NCBI GenBank assembly: GCA_963707955.1
Contig: OY970176.1
Span: 1,760,001-1,824,000, forward strand
Direction: 5' to 3'
Length of the DNA: 64,000 nucleotides
Origin: Candidatus Bathyarchaeota archaeon
GTDB lineage: Archaea; Thermoproteota; Bathyarchaeia; Bathyarchaeales; Bathycorpusculaceae
Shown: piece after piece, positions 19,932-29,814 of the stretch
How the letters are laid out: each line of letters begins with the position of its first letter
Position numbering within the stretch: position 1 is the stretch's first letter
The notes under the pieces: model-generated
The model's database searches: none
What the model was told of the DNA's origin: nothing
The model's input: the letters and a program-made list of their open reading frames with translations, nothing else
Made by a program: the position numbers and the translations under genes

Positions 19932-20699
19932 CTATTTTCTTCTGCCGAACGCCCAAGTTCCGATTGCTATCATGGCAAGATCGAAGCAGGTCACCACGAG
20001 GAGTTCGAGGTAGAGGGGGTACAGGGGCTGCCACGACCCGCCGAGGATCACTGTTCTCAAAGCGTCAACGGCATAAGTGAACGGGTTGCAGCTTGCGACT
20101 ATCTGCAACCAGCTTGGAACACCCGGGCCCCGAATAAGGAATAGTGCCCCACTCAGGAAGAACATTGGCATGTTAATGAAGTTCACGATCAACCCGAAGC
20201 TTTCCAAGCTTCCTATGAAACTGGCCACTGTAAGCCCGATGCTTACCAGTCCAAACGTTATTAGAATCATGATTGGCAACGCCTCTCCAAGAATCAAAGG
20301 ATTGAAAGTTATCCCCAAAAGTGCGCCCAGCACGAATACGAGTATTCCCTGAATCATGGCATCCGTGCTGGCACCCAGCAGCTTGCCTGTAAAAACGGAA
20401 AAACGCGAAATCGGTGCCACCATTATTTCCTTTAGAAAACCGAATTCTCTGTCCCATATCACGGAGATGCCTATAAACATCGACGTAAAAAGAAGTGTTT
20501 GTCCAATAATTCCAGGAAAGATGTACTGTTGATAGGTTAGCCCGGGGATCGGGATCCGAATCAAAGCGCTGAGGGCGCTCCCAAATATCACGAGCCACAG
20601 TAGCGGCTGAACAAAGCTACTCACGATTCTTGCCCTGTCCCTGAGGTAGCGCTTGATCTCGCGTAGCCAAAGGGTGTAAATCCCCCTGATCTCGGTCAT
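19932..20699 (-). CDS. ABC-2 type transporter permease (DrrB-like)
   Basis: QPLLWLVIFG, WDREFGFLKEIMVAPISR, MFFLSGALF, NPFTYAVDALR. Confidence 0.9.
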   Translation of the reverse strand: MTEIRGIYTLWLREIKRYLRDRARIVSSFVQPLLWLVIFGSALSALIRIPIPGLTYQQYIFPGIIGQTLLFTSMFIGISVIWDREFGFLKEIMVAPISRFSVFTGKLLGASTDAMIQGILVFVLGALLGITFNPLILGEALPIMILITFGLVSIGLTVASFIGSLESFGLIVNFINMPMFFLSGALFLIRGPGVPSWLQIVASCNPFTYAVDALRTVILGGSWQPLYPLYLELLVVTCFDLAMIAIGTWAFGRRK

Positions 20700-21694
20700 T
20701 TGATGCGCCTCCTTCGAACAGCCGCCATACCATGCAGCTCCTCACCACCTTCAACACGAATCGCCCGACCAGTATAGTGTAAGAAAACATCTCCAAGGTT
20801 CGGCTCTCGCAACGAGACCGACTCAATGAAAATGCCGCTTTTCGCCGCCACTTCCACTATCCTGGGCAACAGAGCCTTTCCACCACGAACCGTGAGTTCA
20901 AGTCCGCCGCCCACTACGTTGGTCCTCAGAATGCCCGCAGTCCCAGCAACAACAGAAGAGAACTTCGACGCCTCCTTGGTGTTCACCGTTATAACGTCAC
21001 CCTCAAGCGTTAGCTTCAACGCGGCAGGAGTATCTGAAGCCACAATCTTACCGTAATCCATAATCGCTATGCGGTCAGAAAGCCTGTCAGCCTCATCCAT
21101 GTAATGTGTCGTTAAAACCATGGTAACGTCATGAGCTTTTCTCAACCCCTCAATGTGCGACCAAATGTGCTCCCGCGTCTGAGGATCAAGTCCAATCGTA
21201 GGCTCGTCCAGAAACAAAACCTTTGGAGAATGAATCAGCCCCCTCGCAATCTCCAACCGCCGCCGCATCCCGCCCGAATAAGTGCGCATTAGATCGTCAG
21301 CTCTGTCCTCAAGCTCAACAAGCTTCAAAACGCTGTCAATACGCGACTTCTGTTCACCCGGCGGCACACCATATAGATTGGCATGCATGTAAAGGTTTTC
21401 GCGTCCCGTCAGCCTGTCATCAATACTTGGATCTTGAAAAACAATTCCTATCGACTTCCGCACTTGCATATCCTGCTTGACAACATCAAAACCATTGACC
21501 CTCGCGGTTCCAGAAGTAGGTTTCAAAATGGCGCAAAGCATCGAAATCGTCGTCGTCTTCCCGGCCCCGTTGGGCCCCAGCAACCCAAAGACTTCCCCAC
21601 GCTCAACCGAAATGTTCAGCTTGTCAACTGCCACAAGGCCGTTAAAGCGTCTTGTAAGCTCGGTCGTCTCTATAGCATTGTCCAACTGCTTCAC
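20696..21694 (-). CDS. ABC transporter ATP-binding protein (DrrA-like)
   Basis: GPNGAGKT, YSGGMRRRLEIARGL, DEPTIGLDP, TTHYMDEA. Confidence 0.93.
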   Translation of the reverse strand: MKQLDNAIETTELTRRFNGLVAVDKLNISVERGEVFGLLGPNGAGKTTTISMLCAILKPTSGTARVNGFDVVKQDMQVRKSIGIVFQDPSIDDRLTGRENLYMHANLYGVPPGEQKSRIDSVLKLVELEDRADDLMRTYSGGMRRRLEIARGLIHSPKVLFLDEPTIGLDPQTREHIWSHIEGLRKAHDVTMVLTTHYMDEADRLSDRIAIMDYGKIVASDTPAALKLTLEGDVITVNTKEASKFSSVVAGTAGILRTNVVGGGLELTVRGGKALLPRIVEVAAKSGIFIESVSLREPNLGDVFLHYTGRAIRVEGGEELHGMAAVRRRRIK

Positions 21695-21887
21695 TTTCGA
21701 TTTTCACAACACTCTTAGCCAAAGAAAAAGCTAGGGCCACAATAAAAGTTTATGTTAAGACATTCTCTATCGACACCTTTCGCGTGGAAGGGGAGGAAAG
21801 GATCGCTGCTTGATTCTTGCGTTTGAGGCATCCAAGAATAGTTGGAGCAAAAAATACAAGTCTAAACTGTCTGATCAATGCCATGTG

Positions 21888-22946
21888 ATGAAGCAGATTA
21901 CCATTTTGGGTGCTGGTCTTTCGGGTCTAACTGCTGGAATAAACCTTGCAAGGAAAGGGTACGAGGTCGACGTTTACGAGAGAAATGAAGACGTGGGCAT
22001 GAGGTTCAACGGTGACATGCAAGGTTTAGAGAACTGGTCTGAAAGGAAAGACATCCTAGAAGAACTGAGAGAAATGAACATTGAAATCAGCTTTGACTGT
22101 GACCCTTTTTCAAAAGTGACCCTGACCAATTGCTCAAAAACCAAGGAAATCAATTCCCAAAGACCACTGTTTTACTTGGTGAAGCGGGGTTCTTTTTGTG
22201 GGACGATTGATTATAGTCTAAAAGCACAGGCGTTGAAATTAGGCGTAAACCTGCATTTTCGACGGACACTTTCCCCGGACGAAGCTGATATTGTCGCAAC
22301 AGGTCCTACATATCGGAAAGCACAGGGCATCGTTAAAGGAATTGTTTTCAACACTGATGTCGCTGACACAGCAATGGCGGTGTTTAACAACAACCTAGCT
22401 TTCAAAGGATACTCCTACCTATTAATCGCCAGAAAATACGGTTGCATCTGTACAGTAGTATTCGATGAAGTATGGCGAGCTAATGAGTGTTTTCAGAAGA
22501 CAAGAGAATATTTCGTGAGAAAACTCAATCTAAACGCAAGGTCAATCAAAGAGGTTGCCGGCGTTGGAAATTTCTCATCGAAATGTGCCAAGAAAAGGAT
22601 TCCCCTATACGTTGGTGAAGCTGCCGGGCTGCAGGACTTTCTCGGAGGCTTCGGAATGAGGTTTGCTATTACATCGGGTTATCTTGCAGCTCAAAGGTTT
22701 ATTGAAAACAGAGACTATGGAAGAATTGCGAATAGACGTTTTCAAAACAAGTTGAAAGCAGGTGTCGTCAACAGGTATTTGTGGGAAAACGTCCTATGCA
22801 AGAGAAATTATGCGTTCCTAATCAACATTGGAGACTTTGCAAAGGTCAACATGCATTCGATGTACAATTATAGTTTGTTGCAGAGAATGATTTACCCGCT
22901 CGCTTTGGCTAACTTGAAGAAAACGTACCCTCAACTTGAATTCTAG
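21888..22946 (+). CDS. NAD(P)/FAD-dependent oxidoreductase (geranylgeranyl-reductase-like)
   Basis: ILGAGLSGL...VYE FAD-binding motif; VGEAAG...GFGMRFAITSGYLAA. Confidence 0.8.
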   Translation: MKQITILGAGLSGLTAGINLARKGYEVDVYERNEDVGMRFNGDMQGLENWSERKDILEELREMNIEISFDCDPFSKVTLTNCSKTKEINSQRPLFYLVKRGSFCGTIDYSLKAQALKLGVNLHFRRTLSPDEADIVATGPTYRKAQGIVKGIVFNTDVADTAMAVFNNNLAFKGYSYLLIARKYGCICTVVFDEVWRANECFQKTREYFVRKLNLNARSIKEVAGVGNFSSKCAKKRIPLYVGEAAGLQDFLGGFGMRFAITSGYLAAQRFIENRDYGRIANRRFQNKLKAGVVNRYLWENVLCKRNYAFLINIGDFAKVNMHSMYNYSLLQRMIYPLALANLKKTYPQLEF

Positions 22947-23065
22947 AGCCAATTTTTCAATCGATTCTTCGGCTGAAGAAAGCATCATTCCGTAACTTGC
23001 AGACCCGGAGAGCTATTGAGGTGTTTTCCGCGCTGCAAGTTCGGTGCTTAAGAGTTAGTTGTGCT

Positions 23066-23764
23066 TTACACGGCGTAATGTATGTTCTTGGCAAATGTCA
23101 TTTTTATCAGTGGAGGTTTGAGGCGCTCAACTTTCACTTGGGCGAACCTTCGTTTTTGATCGCCGAGGACTTCTTGTGCCTTCTCCACGGTGATTGAATG
23201 CCCGCTCACGATTCTTATGGCATGTCGCACAACGGCGCGCATGATTGGTTTGTAGTTTTCCTTCATCCAAGCTTCACTTTGCGGCGTCAGTTCGCTGTCA
23301 AGCTCGTAGATCCATACCTCACCCTGCGGTTTCAAGACTCTGAAGAGTTCATCAAAGGCTTTCGCTTGGTTTTTCCAATGATGGAAGCTCAGGGTAGCTA
23401 CAACAAGATCCACGGACTCGTCGATGATGCCGATTTCTGCAGCGTCTCCTACGAGCAGTTCCAAGTTTTCTTTGCCAGCCTGCCGGGTCTTCTTCCGAGC
23501 TATCTTGATCATATCCCGCGAGATATCTAGGCCCACCATTCTCAGGTGCTGATTACGTAAAACAACCTTCTCCAGGAGATCTCCTGGGCCTGTTCCGATG
23601 TCCAGTACTGTTCCTGACGAAATTCGTCCAAGAATCTCATCTGCCACAGCGTCATGAAAGTCTTTGATTAAAGAAATTCTCTTCGATGCAAACCCATAAA
23701 ATTTTGCTGCCAATCCGGTGATCGCTTCTGACATAAGCTGGCGCTGATGACAATGTGGAGACAA
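23066..23764 (-). CDS. class I SAM-dependent methyltransferase
   Basis: VLDIGTGPG, GLDISRDM, GDA, SFHHW, RVLKPQG; start may be ATG 23734. Confidence 0.88.
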   Translation of the reverse strand: MSPHCHQRQLMSEAITGLAAKFYGFASKRISLIKDFHDAVADEILGRISSGTVLDIGTGPGDLLEKVVLRNQHLRMVGLDISRDMIKIARKKTRQAGKENLELLVGDAAEIGIIDESVDLVVATLSFHHWKNQAKAFDELFRVLKPQGEVWIYELDSELTPQSEAWMKENYKPIMRAVVRHAIRIVSGHSITVEKAQEVLGDQKRRFAQVKVERLKPPLIKMTFAKNIHYAV

Positions 23765-23948
23765 CGAAAAATAGCTTTCTCAGGGCTCAGAACCATTTTC
23801 GGAAATGCTTGAAGATCTCTGTTCTTTTTTCAAGATGAGTGGAAATCCAGGAACCGCCTCCTTATTAGGTTGTGAGAATTGGATTCGACCGAAGCATTAA
23901 CTCTAAGAGCCAGGCGAGAAATACTGTGGATAGCTGTGCGGTGAGACG

Positions 23949-24818
23949 ATGAAAAGAAATGTTAAGCAGATTCTGAAGAGTAAGGCAACGGTAGAGGGCG
24001 CAGGTGTCAGACTCAAGCGAGTTTTTGGCTATAATGAAGTTCCTCTGTTTGACCCCTTCCTGCTCCTGGACAATTTTGGTTCAGAAAACCCTGAGGATTA
24101 CATCAGGGGATTTCCATGGCACCCTCATAGAGGGATTGAAACTGTCACTTATGTGCTTAGTGGAGAAGTTGAGCATGGTGACAGCATAGGTAACAGCGGG
24201 TTGATTAGAACCGGTGACGTTCAATGGATGACTGCAGGGTCAGGGATAATCCATCAGGAAATGCCCAAGAGATATGAAGGCTTGATGCAGGGATTTCAGC
24301 TTTGGGTGAACCTGCCCGCAAAAAAGAAGATGATTGACTCAAGATACCGTGGAATCACCAAAGACCAGATTCCAGTGCTGGAAAAAGAAGGATCTGAGAT
24401 CAGGGTGATAGCGGGGACCATCGATGGGACTGAGGGGCCGGTTCAAGATCTTGTGGTTGATGTTGATTATTTCGATGTGGAATTAGCTGCTTCCAAAACG
24501 TTCGAACACTCAACGGAAAGGGACCGAAACGTGTTTGCCTACGTAATTAAAGGTTCAGGCTATTTCGATGACAAACTAATCGAATCCCAACAATGTGCCC
24601 TGTTTGGTGAGGGCGACATCGTCAGAATAAAAACAAAAGATGGTATTCGCTTCTTGTTTGTATCAGGAAAGCCGTTGAAAGAACCTGTAGCTTGGGGAGG
24701 GCCTATCGTTATGAACACTCAGGAGGAGTTGGCAAAAGCCTTCCAGGAGCTTGATCAAGACACCTTCATCAGAACTGGCGGAACAGTAAAACCTTCAAGA
24801 AACTTCTATCGAAGCTAA
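23949..24818 (+). CDS. pirin family protein
   Basis: DPFLLLD, GFPWHPHRGIETVTY, WMTAGSGIIHQE, QLWVNLP, GPIVMNT. Confidence 0.95.
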   Translation: MKRNVKQILKSKATVEGAGVRLKRVFGYNEVPLFDPFLLLDNFGSENPEDYIRGFPWHPHRGIETVTYVLSGEVEHGDSIGNSGLIRTGDVQWMTAGSGIIHQEMPKRYEGLMQGFQLWVNLPAKKKMIDSRYRGITKDQIPVLEKEGSEIRVIAGTIDGTEGPVQDLVVDVDYFDVELAASKTFEHSTERDRNVFAYVIKGSGYFDDKLIESQQCALFGEGDIVRIKTKDGIRFLFVSGKPLKEPVAWGGPIVMNTQEELAKAFQELDQDTFIRTGGTVKPSRNFYRS

Positions 24819-24961
24819 ACATAGATACAAGCTGGCAAGTGCCGTCCAAAAACTATATTTCCAACACCGCACAACCTCACGCAGTACAGTTGTGGACAAT
24901 GGGGCTATGCCAGTTCCAGGAGATTCTGTGAAAGGGATGGCTGAGTGAGGTTGTACTTCGA

Positions 24962-25927
24962 ATGATTCCGGTTGAAATCTCTTCTGTTAAGAAATCGTAT
25001 GGCGACGTGAAGGCGGTTGATGGGGTTTCCTTGTCGGTTAATGAAGGCGAAGTTTTCGCTCTTCTCGGCCCAAACGGCGCTGGTAAGACAACGCTGATAG
25101 AGATTTTGGAGGGTTTGCGGAAACGAGACGAGGGTACTGTGAAGGTGCTCGGTCTTGATCCATGGGGAAACAGCTATGCGCTTCATAGGAGAATTGGGGT
25201 GATACCGCAAGACTTCACGTTCTTTGACAAAGCAAACCCTAGAGAGGCGGTGGTATACTATGCGGATCTTTTTGGTGTCAGCGTCGACGTAGATGCGATC
25301 CTGAAAGAAGTTTTACTGGACGATTCGACAGAGGTCCTTTTTGAAAATCTTTCTGGAGGGCAGAAGCAGAAGCTGGGTCTTGCGCTCGCACTCGTGAATT
25401 CTGCTGAACTTCTTTTCCTCGATGAACCGACCACGGGGCTTGATCCGAACGCGAGAAGAGCGATTTGGGACGTGATAAGAGGGTTGAAAAGTAAGGGCAG
25501 AACCGTAATTCTGACTACTCATTACCTCGACGAGGCTCAGCAGCTTTCTGACAGGGTTGCTATCATGAATCATGGGCATATAGTGGCTCTGGGAACTTCT
25601 GAGGACATCATCGAAAGTCATGGTTCGGGGGAAAGGTTGGAAATCCACGGAACCGAGGAGTTGGCCGCCTACGTCAGGGCGAACACTAATCTGAAGGCTG
25701 AGTATAACGGCAAGGGTTTGGTCAGCATAGCGATTAGTCAGAAGCATGATGCGTTGGCGGCCTTGACGGCTGTCGAGCGGTCAGGACTCGAATGGCGCGA
25801 CCTTCACACACGCCGTGACAGTTTGGACGATGTGTTTGTCAAACTTGTAAGCGGAAGGATCGATGAGAAGGGCGAGATCAGAGTAGAGAATTCCGGTGAA
25901 AATTCACGTGATCAGGGGAGGCACTAG
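24962..25927 (+). CDS. ABC transporter ATP-binding protein
   Basis: GPNGAGKT, LSGGQKQK, DEPTTGLDP, TTHYLDEA. Confidence 0.93.
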   Translation: MIPVEISSVKKSYGDVKAVDGVSLSVNEGEVFALLGPNGAGKTTLIEILEGLRKRDEGTVKVLGLDPWGNSYALHRRIGVIPQDFTFFDKANPREAVVYYADLFGVSVDVDAILKEVLLDDSTEVLFENLSGGQKQKLGLALALVNSAELLFLDEPTTGLDPNARRAIWDVIRGLKSKGRTVILTTHYLDEAQQLSDRVAIMNHGHIVALGTSEDIIESHGSGERLEIHGTEELAAYVRANTNLKAEYNGKGLVSIAISQKHDALAALTAVERSGLEWRDLHTRRDSLDDVFVKLVSGRIDEKGEIRVENSGENSRDQGRH

Positions 25928-25932
25928 GACCA

Positions 25933-27027
25933 ATGGCCAGCGCAAGAAGAATCGTTTCTGACCTTCGCCTGTACGGTCGGGGATATCTGAGAAATGCGGC
26001 AGGACTGTTCTTCGGTCTGATATTCCCAGTGATCCTCATACTCATTTTCGGCGCCATTTTCTCGTCAGGCTTTTCCGGAACGATAACAGTCTACGTTCAA
26101 AACCAAGACACAGGTCCAATCTCCAACTATTTCCTAGGCAACCTTACCAAGACAGGCACAGTTAGCCTGGTATTGGTGAATAATTCTAAAGACTTCTCTC
26201 AATACCTCTCGGCTCATTCCGCGTCCGACGGGATAATCATTCCCCCAGATTTCTCGGCCAATTACATGACCGGCAAGCCTGTCAACGTGACACTCTATGG
26301 TAATCCTTCTCAAAGCTCCAGCGCCATCGTGAGCGGAACCGTAAACGGAGTGGTAAACGGGTTTAACCTAGCGCGCGCGGGGGGCTCACCGATCATCGGT
26401 ATAACTCAGACCACGGCCAATTCTCAGGTGACCAAATACATCGATTTTCTAGTTCCTGGCCTTATCGGCTTTTCAATACTCATCAGCCCGATGTTTTCCC
26501 TGGTGAACATATCCTCCGAGTACAAGAGAATAAAGCTTTTCAAACAGTTATCGTTGACTCCTCTCACCAAGATCGAGTGGCTAGCCTCCAAAGTACTCTT
26601 CTATATTCTCCTGTCAGTGGCGTCATTCTTGTTGATGGTTGCCGTAGGGGTCATAGCCTTCGGCGCACACGTTGCGCTCTCACCATGGCTCATACCGTTC
26701 CTAATACTTGGACCGATGTTCTTCGCCTCGCTGGGCATGCTAGTTGGGACCGTATCAAAGAGCACCGAAACAGCCAGCGTCGTCGGAAACGTAATAACCT
26801 TCCCAATGATGTTTCTCTCAGGCACGTTCTTCCCAATCTCGCTCATGCCCACGTATTTGCAATACTTGGCACATGTCCTACCCCTCTTCTATATCATCGA
26901 TGGACTCAACGGGGTTATGATATACAACAACTATGCACAGGCAACGATAGACCTGATAGTAGTCTTGATAATCACGATCGTCGCCTTCGTAGCTGCAGCG
27001 AGGATATTCAAGTGGAGAGAAGACTAG
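25933..27027 (+). CDS. ABC-2 type transporter permease with an extracellular domain
   Basis: YIDFLVPG, PMMFLSGTFFP, multiple TM segments; adjacent to the ATPase gene. Confidence 0.9.
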   Translation: MASARRIVSDLRLYGRGYLRNAAGLFFGLIFPVILILIFGAIFSSGFSGTITVYVQNQDTGPISNYFLGNLTKTGTVSLVLVNNSKDFSQYLSAHSASDGIIIPPDFSANYMTGKPVNVTLYGNPSQSSSAIVSGTVNGVVNGFNLARAGGSPIIGITQTTANSQVTKYIDFLVPGLIGFSILISPMFSLVNISSEYKRIKLFKQLSLTPLTKIEWLASKVLFYILLSVASFLLMVAVGVIAFGAHVALSPWLIPFLILGPMFFASLGMLVGTVSKSTETASVVGNVITFPMMFLSGTFFPISLMPTYLQYLAHVLPLFYIIDGLNGVMIYNNYAQATIDLIVVLIITIVAFVAAARIFKWRED

Positions 27028-27186
27028 CATCAGAAACAAGTATTCGTTGGACATTTCAAGAATCATGAACCAAGAGATTCGAAAGAGCATGTGCCTACTC
27101 AACGCGGTGCGAACTTCTAATCGCGTGTCATTTGAACGATTGTGAAACGCGAAAGGTTTTAGTTACGCGTACATCGTTGTTCTTTT

Positions 27187-27723
27187 GTGAGTAAAATGAG
27201 CGGTACAAATTCTCTCCTTGAAATCAACGATCTCGTATTGAAGAAGAAGATACTGTCTGTGCGTGAGCACTACGATCTGGAGGATGTGAGTGGAACGAAA
27301 TTGGGAGAAGCTGATGGCAATCTCTTCCAGTTTCCAGCGAAGTTTGTCGTCATTGATACCAATGGTTCGGAGTTGATGCACGTCGAAGGGAAAGTATTGT
27401 CGCTCCGAAGGCAGTTCACTTTCTATGACAATGCTGGAGTGGAACTGGGAACCATACAGAAAAAGATAGTCAAGCTGATTGGAGAAGAGTACTGGGTGGA
27501 AAGAGACGGGCGCGAGTTCATGCGCATCTACGGGAATTTCACGGAGCACGACTATCAGATGCAGGTCAACGGGGTTCAGGTCGCCTCTGTACACAAGAAG
27601 TGGGTCTCGGTGCGAGATCAGCTCAAGGTCTCGATAACAGGAGACGCGGATCACCGAGTTGTTATCGGAACAGTGATTGTGATCGAACATGTGGAAGTCA
27701 CGGAGAGGCAGAACCAGCACTAA
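27187..27723 (+). CDS. LURP-one/scramblase (tubby C-terminal-like) family protein
   Basis: KKKILSVREHY, GNFTEHDY, VASVHKKWVSVRD pattern. Confidence 0.75.
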   Translation: MSKMSGTNSLLEINDLVLKKKILSVREHYDLEDVSGTKLGEADGNLFQFPAKFVVIDTNGSELMHVEGKVLSLRRQFTFYDNAGVELGTIQKKIVKLIGEEYWVERDGREFMRIYGNFTEHDYQMQVNGVQVASVHKKWVSVRDQLKVSITGDADHRVVIGTVIVIEHVEVTERQNQH

Positions 27724-28183
27724 ACTGTAACAAAGTTCAACCTTGATTTGAGCAGTTTGTCGGATTTCTGGGCTCCTCTTGAGGTATGGGCCATAAAGAC
27801 TAGCAACGTTCAAGGTGCAGAACCCTCGTGTGTATACGCTAAACTTCCTCTCTCTATAGTTCCAGTAAAGGAAAATGATCTTTGACCCAGGTGAGGAATA
27901 ATGGATCCTTTCCGAAAAAGCAAACGTGACCCATCCTCTCTGCAACAAGTCGAAAGCATGCCCTCCTCCTTTTGAGTGAGCTCTACGCAATATCCTGAAT
28001 TGGGTTTCTTTTGCTGAAATACGCTCAGAACAAACCAGAAATTAGGGTGCCGAGGTCATGTTTACACTATTGTTTAGAACTTCGAGCATGCTTGTTCCTA
28101 AATTCTGTTCAAGAGGGAGGCATGGCGTTTTCCGATGGTGATGGTTAGTGTTACGGTTCGGGCTGGGTTCTTGCTTGCTCACA

Positions 28184-28219
28184 CCCTCCCCCCCGGGTAT
28201 CCTATATGATCCAAATATG
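28184..28219. repeat. dispersed intergenic repeat, copy 1 (C-tract plus CTATATGATCCAAATATG)
   Basis: 18-bp exact match between 28202-28219 and 47574-47591, each preceded by a CCCTCC tract. Confidence 0.75.
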
Positions 28220-28382
28220 GTTGAAGAGCAGAATGAGTAGCGCAAGCTGCTTCCCGAAAGAATGTAGGAACGCGCTAGCGCGCATCAGCGCCTATGCGAA
28301 GAGTCTTTAGCCAAAAAAGTCTTATTGCTTCGCGCGCGCTGTTGATTCATGATTCATATTCAACTTCTGAAAAGTTTGACCC

Positions 28383-28757
28383 TCACGTTTGAGATTGTCG
28401 TTCGCTCTGTTCAAATCGTGCCAGTGAATAACATAGCAGGTCTGCCGCCAATTCCTCCGTTTTCTTGCATATGGCTCTCAGGTTGTCCAGTTGAACAGGA
28501 CACAATGCACACTGTTTACATTCTTGTTCGAGTTTTCTGTATTCCTCCCATGCGTTTTTGCTTCGCAGGATTTGAGAATCGGTTAACGTGTTAAGACGCT
28601 TTATCGCCGAGTCTAAAGCTTTCAAATCTAGAGTTTTCGGAGTGCGTTGCTCTAGTTCGTTCATCTTGTTTTTCAGTTTTTGCACTTTTTCCAAAGTTTT
28701 TCCGTAGTCCCCTTGAATTTGTCTCCCTGTCTCTTTAATTCGGGCTCGAAGCTCCAT
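28383..28757 (-). CDS. hypothetical coiled-coil protein with a CxxCxxC cluster
   Basis: Heptad-like K/E/L-rich ORF containing CKQCALC; divergent from the dienelactone hydrolase gene. Confidence 0.45.
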   Translation of the reverse strand: MELRARIKETGRQIQGDYGKTLEKVQKLKNKMNELEQRTPKTLDLKALDSAIKRLNTLTDSQILRSKNAWEEYRKLEQECKQCALCPVQLDNLRAICKKTEELAADLLCYSLARFEQSERQSQT

Positions 28758-28874
28758 GGTGCGTCCCAAAGTGTTTCCCTGCTTTCTTTTTTCTCAAAGA
28801 ATGCATTTAGAATCGAAAACTATTTAGCCGTTTCAACCGCTATAGCCTTGACAAAAAACCGTTGGGAGTTTCCC

Positions 28875-29570
28875 TTGGAAATTACCTCTCTTATGGTTGA
28901 GTTTTCAGACAGGAGCGCAGGTAGGAAAACCGCGGGCTTCTTGGCGAGACCGAAAAAGGACGGGACGTATCCCGCCGTAATCGTGATTCACGAAATATGG
29001 GGTTTGGTGGACCACATAAAGGATGTGGCTGCGAGACTTGCGCGTGAAGGCTATGTTGCTCTTGCTGTGGATCTGTTTGAAGGAAAGACGGTAACGAAAC
29101 TGGAGGAAGGACGCAAGTTCAGGGAACAATTCACCGAAGAGAAAATTATTGGAGACTTGAACAGAGCATTTGATTACCTCAAGAATTTTTCGTACGTGAA
29201 CCCGAAAGGTATAGGAAGCATAGGGTTCTGTATGGGCGGGGGACTTTCACTTCTCTTTGCTTGCCATAACAAGGAGTTGGCGGCTGCTGTTGTCTTCTAT
29301 GGCAGAAACCCATCACCAATAGACCGAGTAAAGACGATTCAATGCCCGATTCTCGGCAACTACGCAGGAGCCGACATGGCGATAACTGAATCAGACATCA
29401 ACCTTCTAAAACAGACTCTGACAAAATACAAGAAGACCTTCGACATCAAAACATATCCAGAAGCTCCACACGCATTTTTTAATGACACACGAGAGAGTTA
29501 CAGACCCGAAGCCGCCAAAGACGCTTGGACAAGAACGCTGCAGTTTTTCAACAAATACTTGAAAGCCTAA
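28875..29570 (+). CDS. dienelactone hydrolase family protein
   Basis: VIHEIWGL, GFCMGG nucleophile elbow, HAFFND. Confidence 0.93.
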   Translation: MEITSLMVEFSDRSAGRKTAGFLARPKKDGTYPAVIVIHEIWGLVDHIKDVAARLAREGYVALAVDLFEGKTVTKLEEGRKFREQFTEEKIIGDLNRAFDYLKNFSYVNPKGIGSIGFCMGGGLSLLFACHNKELAAAVVFYGRNPSPIDRVKTIQCPILGNYAGADMAITESDINLLKQTLTKYKKTFDIKTYPEAPHAFFNDTRESYRPEAAKDAWTRTLQFFNKYLKA

Positions 29571-29814
29571 AGGGCTCATTTTTTATCTCTCACTTTCTGC
29601 AACCAAGACCCCAATCTAAGTATACGGTAAAAACATGCTTGATGTACGTGCTGAAAATGCCGGTAGAAATCAAAGGGCAGAGGCTTTCTCAAACCCCTCA
29701 TGCTTCACTGATCCTGCTTTTCTACCGACAAACTGGAGCCAAATTTTAACCCATGCGTCAGCGTTCCGAAATGGTCTTATCTAGCCAAGATAGCCTCAAA
29801 ATATGCCCAAAATT

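Noticed and set aside
27163-27990. 275-aa minus-strand ORF
   Set aside because: Mostly antisense to the LURP-one gene, with no recognisable motifs
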